From an uncultured Candidatus Saccharibacteria bacterium (GTDB lineage: Bacteria; Patescibacteriota; Saccharimonadia; Saccharimonadales; CAZWFS01), in assembly GCA_964633325.1 (NCBI GenBank), contig CAZWFS010000002.1:25657-89656 (forward strand): a stretch of DNA of 64,000 nt, given 5' to 3'. Positions within the stretch are counted from its first letter, which is position 1. Each line of letters starts with the position of its first letter. Position numbers and translations under genes: made by a program. The notes under the pieces were generated by a model that made no database searches, was not told the origin of the DNA, and saw nothing but the letters and a program-made list of their open reading frames with translations. Of the stretch, positions 35,466-44,493 are shown piece by piece.

Positions 35466-35541
35466 TGGCGGGCTCGACCGGATTTGAACCGGCGATCTCC
35501 TCCGTGACAGGGAGGCGTGATAACCACTTCACTACGAGCCC
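35466..35541 (-). tRNA. tRNA-Asp (anticodon GTC), CCA encoded
   Basis: Acceptor gggctcg/cgagccc, anticodon loop ctGTCac, T-arm gccgg-ttcaaat-ccggt. Confidence 0.9.
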
Positions 35542-35742
35542 TTGTTTACCCCACAAAACAGGTTTTGCGGGGACCCCGATGTCAGAACCGAGGGTCAGCT
35601 TGCACAGAACCAATGAATTGCTTCTGCTCCACCTTCTAGTCGCTTCTTCCTCTCAGTCCTTCAAACAGACAAGTCTTGGTTTGAAGAACTGGCTTAGACC
35701 AGCGACCAAGTAGCAATAGCACAGTAGCGACTTCCATTTACT

Positions 35743-35868
35743 AGGAGTTCCGCAGGATAGTACAGTTTGGGATGAAGGCCGAGCACCGAAGCGGAAGCGT
35801 ACAAATCGGTACGGAGAGCATCGGAGACGCAGGCTTTCGCCCGAAATGTGCTATTCTGCGAAGCTCCT
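35743..35868. repeat. 126-nt end-to-end hairpin element, copy 1
   Basis: Homologous to 61387-61509. A ~28-bp imperfect outer stem with G-U pairs on the + strand. Confidence 0.75.
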
Positions 35869-35939
35869 AAAAAGGACAATTGTGAGCATATCAACTACAG
35901 GGGTAAAAAGCAAACTGTTCGGTTACTTATGTCAGGGGT

Positions 35940-37073
35940 TCAAGGTGAGACGGGTTGGTCTTTGGCGGGGGCGTCTTCTGGGTTAGCCTTGGAGGGTTCA
36001 GGGAGGTTTATGTATAGACGGGCTTTTTTCTCTTCTTTGGCGGGGTTAAGGTATTCGTTAATATCCTTGAAGTTAAACAATATGTGGGCGGCACGGATCT
36101 TATCGGCCTGCTGTTCGATGTTCTTGATTATTTCTAACCCGTAGCCGACATTGATGATTTCCGAGAACTTACCCGGTTGGAGCTTAAATAGCGCGTCAGT
36201 CGTCAGGGCACTTAGGTCCCGGTTGGTTTTGTCTATAGGAAAGCCGAATTCACCATTGTTGTCTTTGCTGGCCGGGTCCTCGGATGACTTTTTGGCTACT
36301 GCGCCAAAATCAGCGCCGGCTTTAAGCTCGGTCAGCGCTGCTTCCGCTTTGGCGTGTGCTTCTTTGTCCAACGCGGAAACTACTTTTTGGGCAAGCATCT
36401 GTTGCTTCAATGAACGCTTAAAGTCACTTACGGACCAGCCAAAGTTTTCCTTCAGGGCATCCTCGAAGCTACGATCGCTCGCTCCCAGCCGATTCTGGTT
36501 ACGGACGATTACAATCTGATTTTCTAATTCTTGATTACTAACGGACACGTCATTTTTCTTTGCCAACTGTTTTACGTAGGCATCGTTAATGACCCGCTCT
36601 AGCGCCCTCTTTTTGTATTCAGCTAGCTGTTGCCTGCCGGCCTCACTGTTAAAATCCAGTTTCTGCTGCGTTTCATAATAGTGCGTGTAGTGGCGCAGTT
36701 CGAATAAATAATTTTCGTATGCGACATAATTCCCGCCGATTTTGGCGACCGGAAACGGAATTACACGCGTAACGCCATATAGAAAAGTCGATGTATCCTT
36801 AAGTCTATATAGGCCGATAATACAGTAGCTGAAGAAAGCTACCAGAGTAACAATGAACAAAGTAGTGGAGACAAGCACAATGCGGTGCTTAGAGTGCTGT
36901 AACGGGTAAATATATTTACGGGCACTGGATAGCACATCCTCGCGGTGGGCCGCGACTGTTTCGTTGGTAATGCGAGGCACACTCTCGGGTCCCGTCTCTA
37001 GGGGCCCAAGTTCTTTTTCCGGTATGACTTCTCGGTATTTACGGGGCCGGAGTAACTTTTTAATCTTCTTCAT
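35940..37073 (-). CDS. membrane-anchored PpiC/parvulin-type peptidyl-prolyl isomerase (PrsA/SurA-like)
   Basis: An N-terminal TM and a parvulin-like C-terminal domain (ELKAGADFGAVAKKSSEDPASKDNNGEFGF...). Confidence 0.55.
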   Translation of the reverse strand: MKKIKKLLRPRKYREVIPEKELGPLETGPESVPRITNETVAAHREDVLSSARKYIYPLQHSKHRIVLVSTTLFIVTLVAFFSYCIIGLYRLKDTSTFLYGVTRVIPFPVAKIGGNYVAYENYLFELRHYTHYYETQQKLDFNSEAGRQQLAEYKKRALERVINDAYVKQLAKKNDVSVSNQELENQIVIVRNQNRLGASDRSFEDALKENFGWSVSDFKRSLKQQMLAQKVVSALDKEAHAKAEAALTELKAGADFGAVAKKSSEDPASKDNNGEFGFPIDKTNRDLSALTTDALFKLQPGKFSEIINVGYGLEIIKNIEQQADKIRAAHILFNFKDINEYLNPAKEEKKARLYINLPEPSKANPEDAPAKDQPVSP

Positions 37074-37602
37074 CTAAGCCTACGTCCTTGTTTGCCGGGT
37101 AAGCCCCGGTGGTTATTCCCTGTTCCCTTAGGATTTCTTGAAACTTCTTTTGAATCTTGGCCGGATGATGTACGTCGTGGATTACCAGGTCGCCGACGTA
37201 CGTCTGCATCATAATAGTGCCATAGCCCAGCAGTGTCTCCTGCAAGCCTGCCACCTGATAGTTTACCATCTGTATCTGATTAAGCCCTAGGTCTACAACG
37301 CTGCGGTGGAACATACCTTTTTGGGTGATTTGTATTAGCCGCTGGTCCGTGACGATAAAAATACTATAAAACCAGCCCAGCCAGGCAGGAAATAGCAGCA
37401 GTCCACTTAGTATAAAACCGGCCGCCAAGCCGCCAAAGAATACCCCGAACCCCCATTCCGGCTTGATGGCCGCCGGGATCACCCCTAGGAGCGGACCTAG
37501 ACTGGCCAGCACAAGCCCCTTTCTCATTACCACAGGATGCCTTCGGAACACATACAGCACTTCCTCGTCGTCAAACTGGTCCTTGAAGTATTTTTGTGGC
37601 AT
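37060..37602 (-). CDS. membrane protein with a bacterial PH-like (YdbS/DUF304-like) domain
   Basis: EEVLYVFRRHP, then two TM helices, then a beta-rich domain. Confidence 0.45.
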   Translation of the reverse strand: MPQKYFKDQFDDEEVLYVFRRHPVVMRKGLVLASLGPLLGVIPAAIKPEWGFGVFFGGLAAGFILSGLLLFPAWLGWFYSIFIVTDQRLIQITQKGMFHRSVVDLGLNQIQMVNYQVAGLQETLLGYGTIMMQTYVGDLVIHDVHHPAKIQKKFQEILREQGITTGAYPANKDVGLDEED

Positions 37603-37607
37603 TTGCT

Positions 37608-37637
37608 AGGTTACAGGTTATAGGTTACAGGTTGTAG
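37608..37637. repeat. heptad tandem repeat (AGGTTAC/AGGTTAT/AGGTTGT x4)
   Basis: aggttacaggttataggttacaggttgtag begins 6 nt upstream of the minus-strand ATG at 37602. Confidence 0.8.
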
Positions 37638-37691
37638 TATAAACCATTAGGAGTTACCGATGCGTATTTTGGTATTTAGTATACTTGAGTA

Positions 37692-37727
37692 GCGCCCCTG
37701 TAGTTCAATGGATAAAACAACTCCGTC
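37692..37727 (+). pseudogene. degenerate 5'-half copy of tRNA-Arg
   Basis: gcgcccctgtagttcaatggataaaacaactccgtc compared with the 5' half of the tRNA at 37791. A 14-nt exact core, and no matching 3' half. Confidence 0.55.
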
Positions 37728-37790
37728 AAACCACCCCAAAAAATGCACTTCGTTGGCATTTTCCGGGGACCCCTATACAATTTCTGCTGT

Positions 37791-37866
37791 GGCCCGGTAG
37801 TTCAATGGATAGAACACCACCGTCCTAAGGTGGGTGTTGGGGGTTCGACTCCCTCCCGGGTCACCA
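37791..37866 (+). tRNA. tRNA-Arg (anticodon CCT), CCA encoded
   Basis: Acceptor ggcccgg/ccgggtc, anticodon loop gtCCTaa, T-arm ggggg-ttcgact-ccctc. Confidence 0.85.
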
Positions 37867-38005
37867 TTTTTATTAGACAAGCTAGAGGTGAGAACTGCTA
37901 GCAGCAGTTGTGCCGGGGAAACCTTTCAGATTACCAACTTGTTGGTAGTACGAAAGTTTTGGGGTCGCGGAGCGTGACCGAATCCTCTCGGGAGCACCAA
38001 ATCTG

Positions 38006-38470
38006 TTATTGCCGCTCGTTGTCCGGGTAGACATGCAGATACTCGGACTTGTCGTAGGCGAATAGTTCATCTTTCTTGAAGAAACGTCCGACTTCTTCCT
38101 GACCGTTTTCTTTGCTATCCGATGCATGGACCAGATTGCGACCGATTCCCATAGCATAATCACCCCTTATCGTTCCTGCTTGAGCTTGACGAGGGTTTGT
38201 GGCGCCTATCACCAGACGTACAGATTCTATGCATTCGTAACCCTCCCACGCCATAACGGTAACCGGTGAACTCTTCATAAACTGCTCCAGGTCGGCGTAA
38301 AACGGCTTGTCGACATGGTGGGCGTAATGGGCGGCCAATTCGGCCTCATCTAGCCTCATCATCTTCATGCCAATCAACTTAAGGCCTTTTCGTTCTAGGC
38401 GGCTGATTATTTCGCCCACAAGACCCCTTTGCACTGCGTCTGGTTTGGCTATTATCAACGTTCGTTCCAT
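38006..38470 (-). CDS. ndk: nucleoside diphosphate kinase
   Basis: MERTLIIAKPDAVQRGLVGEIISRLERKGL... and NLVHASDS. Confidence 0.95.
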   Translation of the reverse strand: MERTLIIAKPDAVQRGLVGEIISRLERKGLKLIGMKMMRLDEAELAAHYAHHVDKPFYADLEQFMKSSPVTVMAWEGYECIESVRLVIGATNPRQAQAGTIRGDYAMGIGRNLVHASDSKENGQEEVGRFFKKDELFAYDKSEYLHVYPDNERQ

Positions 38471-38558
38471 GTAAACTCCGTATTAAGTAATTCGTAATAA
38501 AGTATAACAGATACGGCAGGGCAAAGCCCTGGCCGTACAACTGGAAGCTGCTGATCGC

Positions 38559-40769
38559 CTAAAGCACCGGCGGCATACTGCTGATGGCGTCGTATTTGGT
38601 ACCAGTGGTGGTCGAACTGTAGGAGAACGGGGCTGCCAGCCACATCTCTGGGCTGAAGCTGAAGACCTCGGCTATGCTGGGGTCGGTGGCGGTCTCGGTG
38701 GGGATGCTGGCCCGTAGCGAGCCATTGGTACGCAGCAGCTTGATGGACCTGGCTATGAAGGAGCCATTAACCGTCAGGGCGGCCGGGACTGGGTTGCCGT
38801 CGCACTCGCTCATGAAGGTACCGTCCAGGTCAGGCAGGGCTCCGGTGATGCCGGTCCACTTGGCGCAGGTGTAGATATTGCCGCGGGCATCGGCCGCGTC
38901 CGGCTGGGCCACATAGACCCCGTCCAGCTGGGTGACGTCCTTGTCTATATAGATGTTGCCTTTGGCTATTAGGTAGAAGGATGGGATGTTGGGGGCGGTC
39001 CAGGGCCCGGCGGCATAGGTGATGTTGGCGTCGATGAACACGTCGCCGTCCACGAAGACCTTGGTGGGCGTGGCTGCGGCGGGGATGACCGCTCCTGGGT
39101 GGGAGTATGGGCCGGTGATGATGGGTGCCGGGCCGGAAGTGCCGAAGTAGTTTGGGTTCGGGCAGCGGGAGTCCCTGAAGCCACCGCCGTAAGTTGAGCC
39201 GGCATCGGCCGGGTCACCGGCGTTGGCGAAAGTCAGGCCTTTGGGTGGTGTCGGCTCGGTCGGGCTGGCGGGCCCGGCCCGGCCAGCGGCAGAGCTGAAC
39301 TCCTCTATCTTAGACATAGCCTGGGCAGCCAGCTGGGTAGCGGCGCCGGAACCGTCATCCTTGGCAAAGCCCAGGATGCGGCTGCCGGGTGTGGAGGCGG
39401 AACAGCCGACGCTATTGAACTCTGGCAGGCCGGCTAGGACGTCGCCGCCGTAGACACGGAAGTAAGGTTTGTTGAGCGAACTTAATGGATGACTACATGG
39501 CGGTGTTCCGGGAGGAGTATTGCCTCCGCTGATCGCTATGGTCACCGTATAATTACCGGCCGTAGGTAGGGTAAGGCTGTTAATCGTACCATTAGCGGTC
39601 ACCCCAGGTGGTAAGGGATTGGGCGTGAACGCTACGACAGTGGGTCCGTAGACCCCACCAGAGACAGTTACCGTCATAGTGGCGCCATTAAGGGTACCTC
39701 CGCCTAGGTCATTATTAAAACTCACGTTCAGGTTGAACAACTGGCCCGGATCAACCTCCCCTGGGCTAATGCCACTGCACGAGATGTCCGGGGGGGGCGG
39801 GGGCGCGACGCAAGGCCCAATATTGGTCTCGCCTATGAGGTAAGTTCTATTATCAGGTTCGCCATTCCCCTTGACACCATTGGCGTACACCTTGAAGTTG
39901 TGGACACTACTATCCTTATACATCCCGATAGGTATATTGAACTTATGATTCACGGTACGGAATGTACCTTTGCTTACCCCGTCCAAGAACCAAGTGACGT
40001 CGAAGTCAGCATCCGGATCGTCCGCATCGGACACGGTACCATTCAAGGAGTCACATGTAGAGTTCGGGGTTCCGACGGGAGGGTAAACCACCCCTTCCGG
40101 CCTATCGTTAGGGTTATAAAACACATAAAAGGTTACAGTGCCAGAGTCTCTGCAGGGCGGCGAATAAAACTTCCCGTTTTTGTCTATACAGCTCCAGCCT
40201 GGTGGCAAGTCACTAATCAGTTCCATTTCAAGGATAATCTGATTCTGGCCTTCGCGCAGCTTGGAAACATCAATGTCTATAGGCAGGCTATCACCCCGGG
40301 ACTCGTCTTGAGATATGTTGCCTAGGTTGAACTGGTTACCGCTGGGAAAAGATATTACCCCTGTCTCATTCCACACCCCTGAACCTGGCCAAGAGACGGC
40401 GGAATCATGGATAGCGGTCCTGACATTCCGCCAAGCAGATGCAGATGTGGGTGAAACCCAAGCTACGGATATCATATTCGTACTGATCTTGCGGATATCC
40501 CTGAAAAGTGTGTATTCATCCTGTTCAAGATAGACAAAATTTATCAAATCGTCAGGATATCTATTGTGGGTATCCTGAAAGCACTCCTTAAGCCGTTGAG
40601 GCGCATTGAACCCGGAAGCAATAGCGATATCGTTAATGCTAGGAGTGGTTATGGGGGCGGGATTGCAAGGACCTGTATGATTGGCGTAAGCAGGACGCGC
40701 GGTGGAAAACAAGGCTAGAATTGTAAGCCCGGTACTTATAAAAGCTAACGGCCAAATATACCGCTTCAT
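38559..40769 (-). CDS. large secreted protein, T4P-flanking paralog 1 (variable N-terminus, shared C-terminal domain)
   Basis: Signal peptide. The C-terminal ~282 aa are identical to the 899-aa paralog, with a poly-Pro/Cys linker between the regions. Confidence 0.7.
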   Translation of the reverse strand: MKRYIWPLAFISTGLTILALFSTARPAYANHTGPCNPAPITTPSINDIAIASGFNAPQRLKECFQDTHNRYPDDLINFVYLEQDEYTLFRDIRKISTNMISVAWVSPTSASAWRNVRTAIHDSAVSWPGSGVWNETGVISFPSGNQFNLGNISQDESRGDSLPIDIDVSKLREGQNQIILEMELISDLPPGWSCIDKNGKFYSPPCRDSGTVTFYVFYNPNDRPEGVVYPPVGTPNSTCDSLNGTVSDADDPDADFDVTWFLDGVSKGTFRTVNHKFNIPIGMYKDSSVHNFKVYANGVKGNGEPDNRTYLIGETNIGPCVAPPPPPDISCSGISPGEVDPGQLFNLNVSFNNDLGGGTLNGATMTVTVSGGVYGPTVVAFTPNPLPPGVTANGTINSLTLPTAGNYTVTIAISGGNTPPGTPPCSHPLSSLNKPYFRVYGGDVLAGLPEFNSVGCSASTPGSRILGFAKDDGSGAATQLAAQAMSKIEEFSSAAGRAGPASPTEPTPPKGLTFANAGDPADAGSTYGGGFRDSRCPNPNYFGTSGPAPIITGPYSHPGAVIPAAATPTKVFVDGDVFIDANITYAAGPWTAPNIPSFYLIAKGNIYIDKDVTQLDGVYVAQPDAADARGNIYTCAKWTGITGALPDLDGTFMSECDGNPVPAALTVNGSFIARSIKLLRTNGSLRASIPTETATDPSIAEVFSFSPEMWLAAPFSYSSTTTGTKYDAISSMPPVL
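38629..39474. repeat. 846-bp direct repeat, copy 1
   Basis: Offset of 15,926 nt to 54555-55400. All overlapping track ORFs translate identically in both copies. Confidence 0.9.
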
Positions 40770-41023
40770 GGTTTTCCGGCACGTAGTGTCGTCGGCTGAG
40801 GCGCTTTAGTCGGAGGGTTGTCTTTAAACACCGGATCCAGATTCTTGGCTTCCGGCAGTTGCTCCGCTGCCTTCTGTCCCGACGAATCGGATGACTTGGC
40901 CTGCTGGATCCTACTGTACAAGAAGCCACCTAAAGCAGCGAGGACGACGATTACAATTATCGCCAGAATCACGGCTTTGCGTCTACTATGGGCCGTAATA
41001 CTAGCGTCTTTGAACGGATCCAT
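40766..41023 (-). CDS. small single-pass membrane protein
   Basis: One TM (AVILAIIVIVVLAALGGFLY); 4-nt overlap with the downstream gene. Confidence 0.5.
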   Translation of the reverse strand: MDPFKDASITAHSRRKAVILAIIVIVVLAALGGFLYSRIQQAKSSDSSGQKAAEQLPEAKNLDPVFKDNPPTKAPQPTTLRAGKP

Positions 41024-41225
41024 CTTACTTTAAAGAATATACCCATTATGCTTAAAGCGTCAACATCGCGATATTAGAGGTATATACGGATAATAAGCGT
41101 GAACTCTGGCCGAATCTGCGCTAGCACGTGGTTATCGGCGACCCTAGCACATATTTCCATTTCGCAGTAGCGAAAGGTGCTGAAACAAGCTTCCACAGAA
41201 TGATTTTGGGTATACAATAACCACC

Positions 41226-42140
41226 ATGCTATTCGCTAAAGCTAAGACGACCTTCTTGGAATATTTGGAAATCGAACAGAACCGTTCCCAGAAGACAATC
41301 CGCAATTATGATCATTATTTGACCAGGCTTGATGATTTCGCAGGAGACATCGAAGTTAAGGATATAGACGCGGAACTTATTCGCAAATGGCGACTCTGGC
41401 TGAACCGTCTGGGCACCAATGTGTCAGACGAATTGCAGAAGTCTACACAGAACTATCACTTAATTGCTCTGAGAAGTTTTCTTAAATTCTGTGCCAAGCG
41501 TGATATCCCCGCCCTGCCGGCAGATAAAGTGGAGCTGGGACGCACGATCCGAAAGCAGGTCACTTTTCTCACGCCTGAAGAGCTGGAACGATTATTCGCC
41601 CAGTCGGACATATCTACTCTGCCCGGCCTGCGTGACCGTTCTATTTTGGAGCTGTTGTTCTCCTCCGGCTTGCGTGTGTCGGAGCTAGTGGGACTGGACA
41701 AAGATCATGTTAACCTGAAGCGCCGTGAATTCATGGTGCGAGGTAAAGGCCAGAAAGACCGGCCGATCTTCATCAGCGAAAGGACGGCCGACTGGGTGCA
41801 GCGGTATCTGGATCGTCGCACCGATAACGTCAAGCCACTGTTTATCCGCTTCGGGGGCAACAAGCAGGTTGACCTAAGCGGTAACTATCATCGCCTGACT
41901 GCCCGTAGCGTCCAGCGGATGGTAGCCCGCTACGCCCTGATGGCCGGCATCACTAAGCACGTCAGCCCCCATACTCTCAGGCATAGTTTCGCGACGGACC
42001 TACTCATGAACGGTGCGGATTTGAGAAGCGTCCAGGCTATGCTGGGACATGCTAATATTGCGACTACCCAGATATACACTCACGTCACTGACCCGCATCT
42101 GAAATCCGTACATGAACGTTTCCACGGGAAAAATACCTAA
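41226..42140 (+). CDS. xerC: tyrosine recombinase XerC/XerD family
   Basis: C-terminal catalytic motifs HTLRHSFATDLL...LGHANIATTQIYTHV, and an N-terminal SAM-like domain. Confidence 0.9.
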   Translation: MLFAKAKTTFLEYLEIEQNRSQKTIRNYDHYLTRLDDFAGDIEVKDIDAELIRKWRLWLNRLGTNVSDELQKSTQNYHLIALRSFLKFCAKRDIPALPADKVELGRTIRKQVTFLTPEELERLFAQSDISTLPGLRDRSILELLFSSGLRVSELVGLDKDHVNLKRREFMVRGKGQKDRPIFISERTADWVQRYLDRRTDNVKPLFIRFGGNKQVDLSGNYHRLTARSVQRMVARYALMAGITKHVSPHTLRHSFATDLLMNGADLRSVQAMLGHANIATTQIYTHVTDPHLKSVHERFHGKNT

Positions 42141-43282
42141 GGGCTCGGCGGGCAACCGGTAGTAGGATCAAAGTCCGGACTTATGCCTGGCGCAACCCTT
42201 ACCCGCTTGCATAAGGTGCCCATCGTTTCTATGGCGAATTCCGGGTAGATAGCGTTACTCCCCCGGTCCAATGGGACATGGACCCGTATACGCCTAAGTA
42301 CGTCGTTGGCCTTGCCAGTGGAATCTATAACAGCTTGTGCCCCGATGAGATCAGTCGCCACGCCGGCTACCTTTGCGCTCACCGTCAACGCCGAAGAACT
42401 ATAAATGGACTTCACCCGGATGGTATATTCGGAAGCGGCCAACCCATCGATGGTCACCGTGCAGAACCGGTCGCCGGAATTCGCATGGCAGTCGGCCGCA
42501 TGGATTACTCCCTGTTTGCCAAAGCCCTTGCCCGATGCGTAACCAAGGACTGTCCCACCTGCCGTACCCGGGCCTGTCTTGGGATACAGGAAGCCTGTGA
42601 AAGCATTGGCGGTCAGGCTGGCACGGTCAATCGAACCCCCGGTGGGTACCAGGTCTACCCTTAATACCCCGGGTTTACAGGGCCCCAATTCCTCCCATTT
42701 GTTTATGGCTGGAAAGTTGCTGTTTGGTGCCAACGCCTTGCAGCCGCTGACATCCGTACCACCGGTCTTTTCATGCCAGCTCAAGGTGACGTGGCTTATG
42801 GAACCTGCGGGAGAAGGTTTGACATTTATGACTGTGGAACGGTTGGTGTCGATGTTGTCATACACCAGCGTAGGCGGTGACTGATCTATTAATAGGCACG
42901 TATATTCGACGCCAGCTCCGGCATCGACCTCGTTACTATTGGCCTTTATGGTCCAGGCAGCGTTCAGCGTAAGGTCAGGCGATTGGTTCCAACCACATTT
43001 GGTCTTATCACGGTTATATCCCTCTTGTATAACTTTGACGGCGTCATTCACGCCCGTTTCGGCCGCGTAGAAGGCTTGGGTGTATAGTTGTTGGTCGAGG
43101 GACTGACGCTGTTCTCGGCGGATGACCTGGGCAAATCCCAGTACGATCAATGTAATCACCAGCATGAGGATGATGGTAACCATTATTGAAGCCATGCCTA
43201 TCTGATCACGGTACAGACCTTTTGCTCTGCTATCATTCATCGTCTGTTGCTTGTCCACCTTTCCCTGTTTACTTTCAGCCAT
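42137..43282 (-). CDS. PilX-like pilus assembly protein / minor pilin
   Basis: A PilX_N-like hydrophobic N-terminus (GMASIMVTIILMLVITLIVLGFA) followed by ...QAFYAAETG. Confidence 0.6.
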   Translation of the reverse strand: MAESKQGKVDKQQTMNDSRAKGLYRDQIGMASIMVTIILMLVITLIVLGFAQVIRREQRQSLDQQLYTQAFYAAETGVNDAVKVIQEGYNRDKTKCGWNQSPDLTLNAAWTIKANSNEVDAGAGVEYTCLLIDQSPPTLVYDNIDTNRSTVINVKPSPAGSISHVTLSWHEKTGGTDVSGCKALAPNSNFPAINKWEELGPCKPGVLRVDLVPTGGSIDRASLTANAFTGFLYPKTGPGTAGGTVLGYASGKGFGKQGVIHAADCHANSGDRFCTVTIDGLAASEYTIRVKSIYSSSALTVSAKVAGVATDLIGAQAVIDSTGKANDVLRRIRVHVPLDRGSNAIYPEFAIETMGTLCKRVRVAPGISPDFDPTTGCPPSP

Positions 43283-43303
43283 GGCTTATCCTTATAATAT
43301 ATC

Positions 43304-44056
43304 TCATTCTACCCGTTTCTGGATCACGGTTTGCAGTTCGCTTACCGCACAGAATTGTGTCCCGACCCTGAAACTCTTGCAGGAAATATCATCATTACCA
43401 AGATTTGAGCTGGTGCTGACATCGGCACAATCACCCGCAAAAGGGCTGCAGAGCATGTCACTGTCCCCATAAACTACCCTTATGGATACTTTATAAATCG
43501 AGTCAGGGGGACATAACGCGGGACCGGTGGCACACTTTATCTCCAGCTTGGCCAGGCGCATATTAGGAGCCAGAAGTTCACGTGACGAAGCGGTGGGCGT
43601 ACCTGAGACCAGATCCTGAGGCCCCAGGCCACATTTACCGGAGCCAGAGTCTACTACCAGGACGTTCTTGCTTTGGTCGGCGGCAGGAGAGTTACTAGCA
43701 GTCAGCTGCTTGTTACGCAAGAAGCTGTAGACCTTGTCGCCAACGCACGAATAGTCCAAGGGTGTCGTATTGTGAGTGGGTTCTAGCAGACCGCCACCAA
43801 ACTGGATAGAATTCGTTATGTCCTCCATGACCAGCCGGGCGACTTCCTGGGTCCTGGCAGTCGTGAGACCTTTATAGTATATCCGCCCAATCTGTATCAT
43901 GGCGGTAGTGAGCAGGAGCAGAAGTGTTGAGAACACGGCGGTGGCTATCAGAAGTTCGATGATCGTGAAACCTTCACTATGTCGTGTTGCCACAGGGCGT
44001 GTCGGCAGGCGTTTGTTCGCAGATCCAATGACAGAACGTCGTATGCGCCCGGTCAT
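43304..44056 (-). CDS. prepilin-type minor pilin
   Basis: Prepilin cleavage motif G|FTIIELLIATAVF with Glu+5. Confidence 0.75.
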   Translation of the reverse strand: MTGRIRRSVIGSANKRLPTRPVATRHSEGFTIIELLIATAVFSTLLLLLTTAMIQIGRIYYKGLTTARTQEVARLVMEDITNSIQFGGGLLEPTHNTTPLDYSCVGDKVYSFLRNKQLTASNSPAADQSKNVLVVDSGSGKCGLGPQDLVSGTPTASSRELLAPNMRLAKLEIKCATGPALCPPDSIYKVSIRVVYGDSDMLCSPFAGDCADVSTSSNLGNDDISCKSFRVGTQFCAVSELQTVIQKRVE

Positions 44057-44493
44057 GGTTGGTGCAACTTATAGGTTATCTTGGTATTCTGGGCAGTCCC
44101 GCCACCTAGACGTTCCCAATCAGCATTCACGGTAAATATCTTATCCGTCGCATCCCGTGCTATGGAAAGCTTATAAGAGACCCCCAGGACGGAGTTGATG
44201 CAGCTACCGGCCGGCGCGGCATCGACAAGGTTGTTTGAGTCATTTATGCAGAACGGCGAACTGAAGCTGAATATCCCACCGGTGAACGTAGCCTTTGCTT
44301 TCAATCGCTCCAACTGCTCTTCGACCAGTTTTAACGCTTCTACCCGTTCCTGGGACTGGCGGGCACCATTAAGGCTGTTGCTGGCAGAAATGTAAGCCCC
44401 ACTCAAGACCATACTAACTATAGTGATGGCTATCAGGACTTCCACTATAGTATCGCCCTTCTGGTGTAAATGTAAGAATTTGGAATATCTCAT
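44053..44493 (-). CDS. prepilin-type minor pilin
   Basis: G|DTIVEVLIAITIV with Glu+5; overlapping start/stop. Confidence 0.75.
   Translation of the reverse strand: MRYSKFLHLHQKGDTIVEVLIAITIVSMVLSGAYISASNSLNGARQSQERVEALKLVEEQLERLKAKATFTGGIFSFSSPFCINDSNNLVDAAPAGSCINSVLGVSYKLSIARDATDKIFTVNADWERLGGGTAQNTKITYKLHQP

Noticed and set aside
35317-35613. A 98-aa ORF overlapping tRNA-Asp.
   Set aside because: It is antisense or overlapping to a clear tRNA gene and its terminator hairpins.
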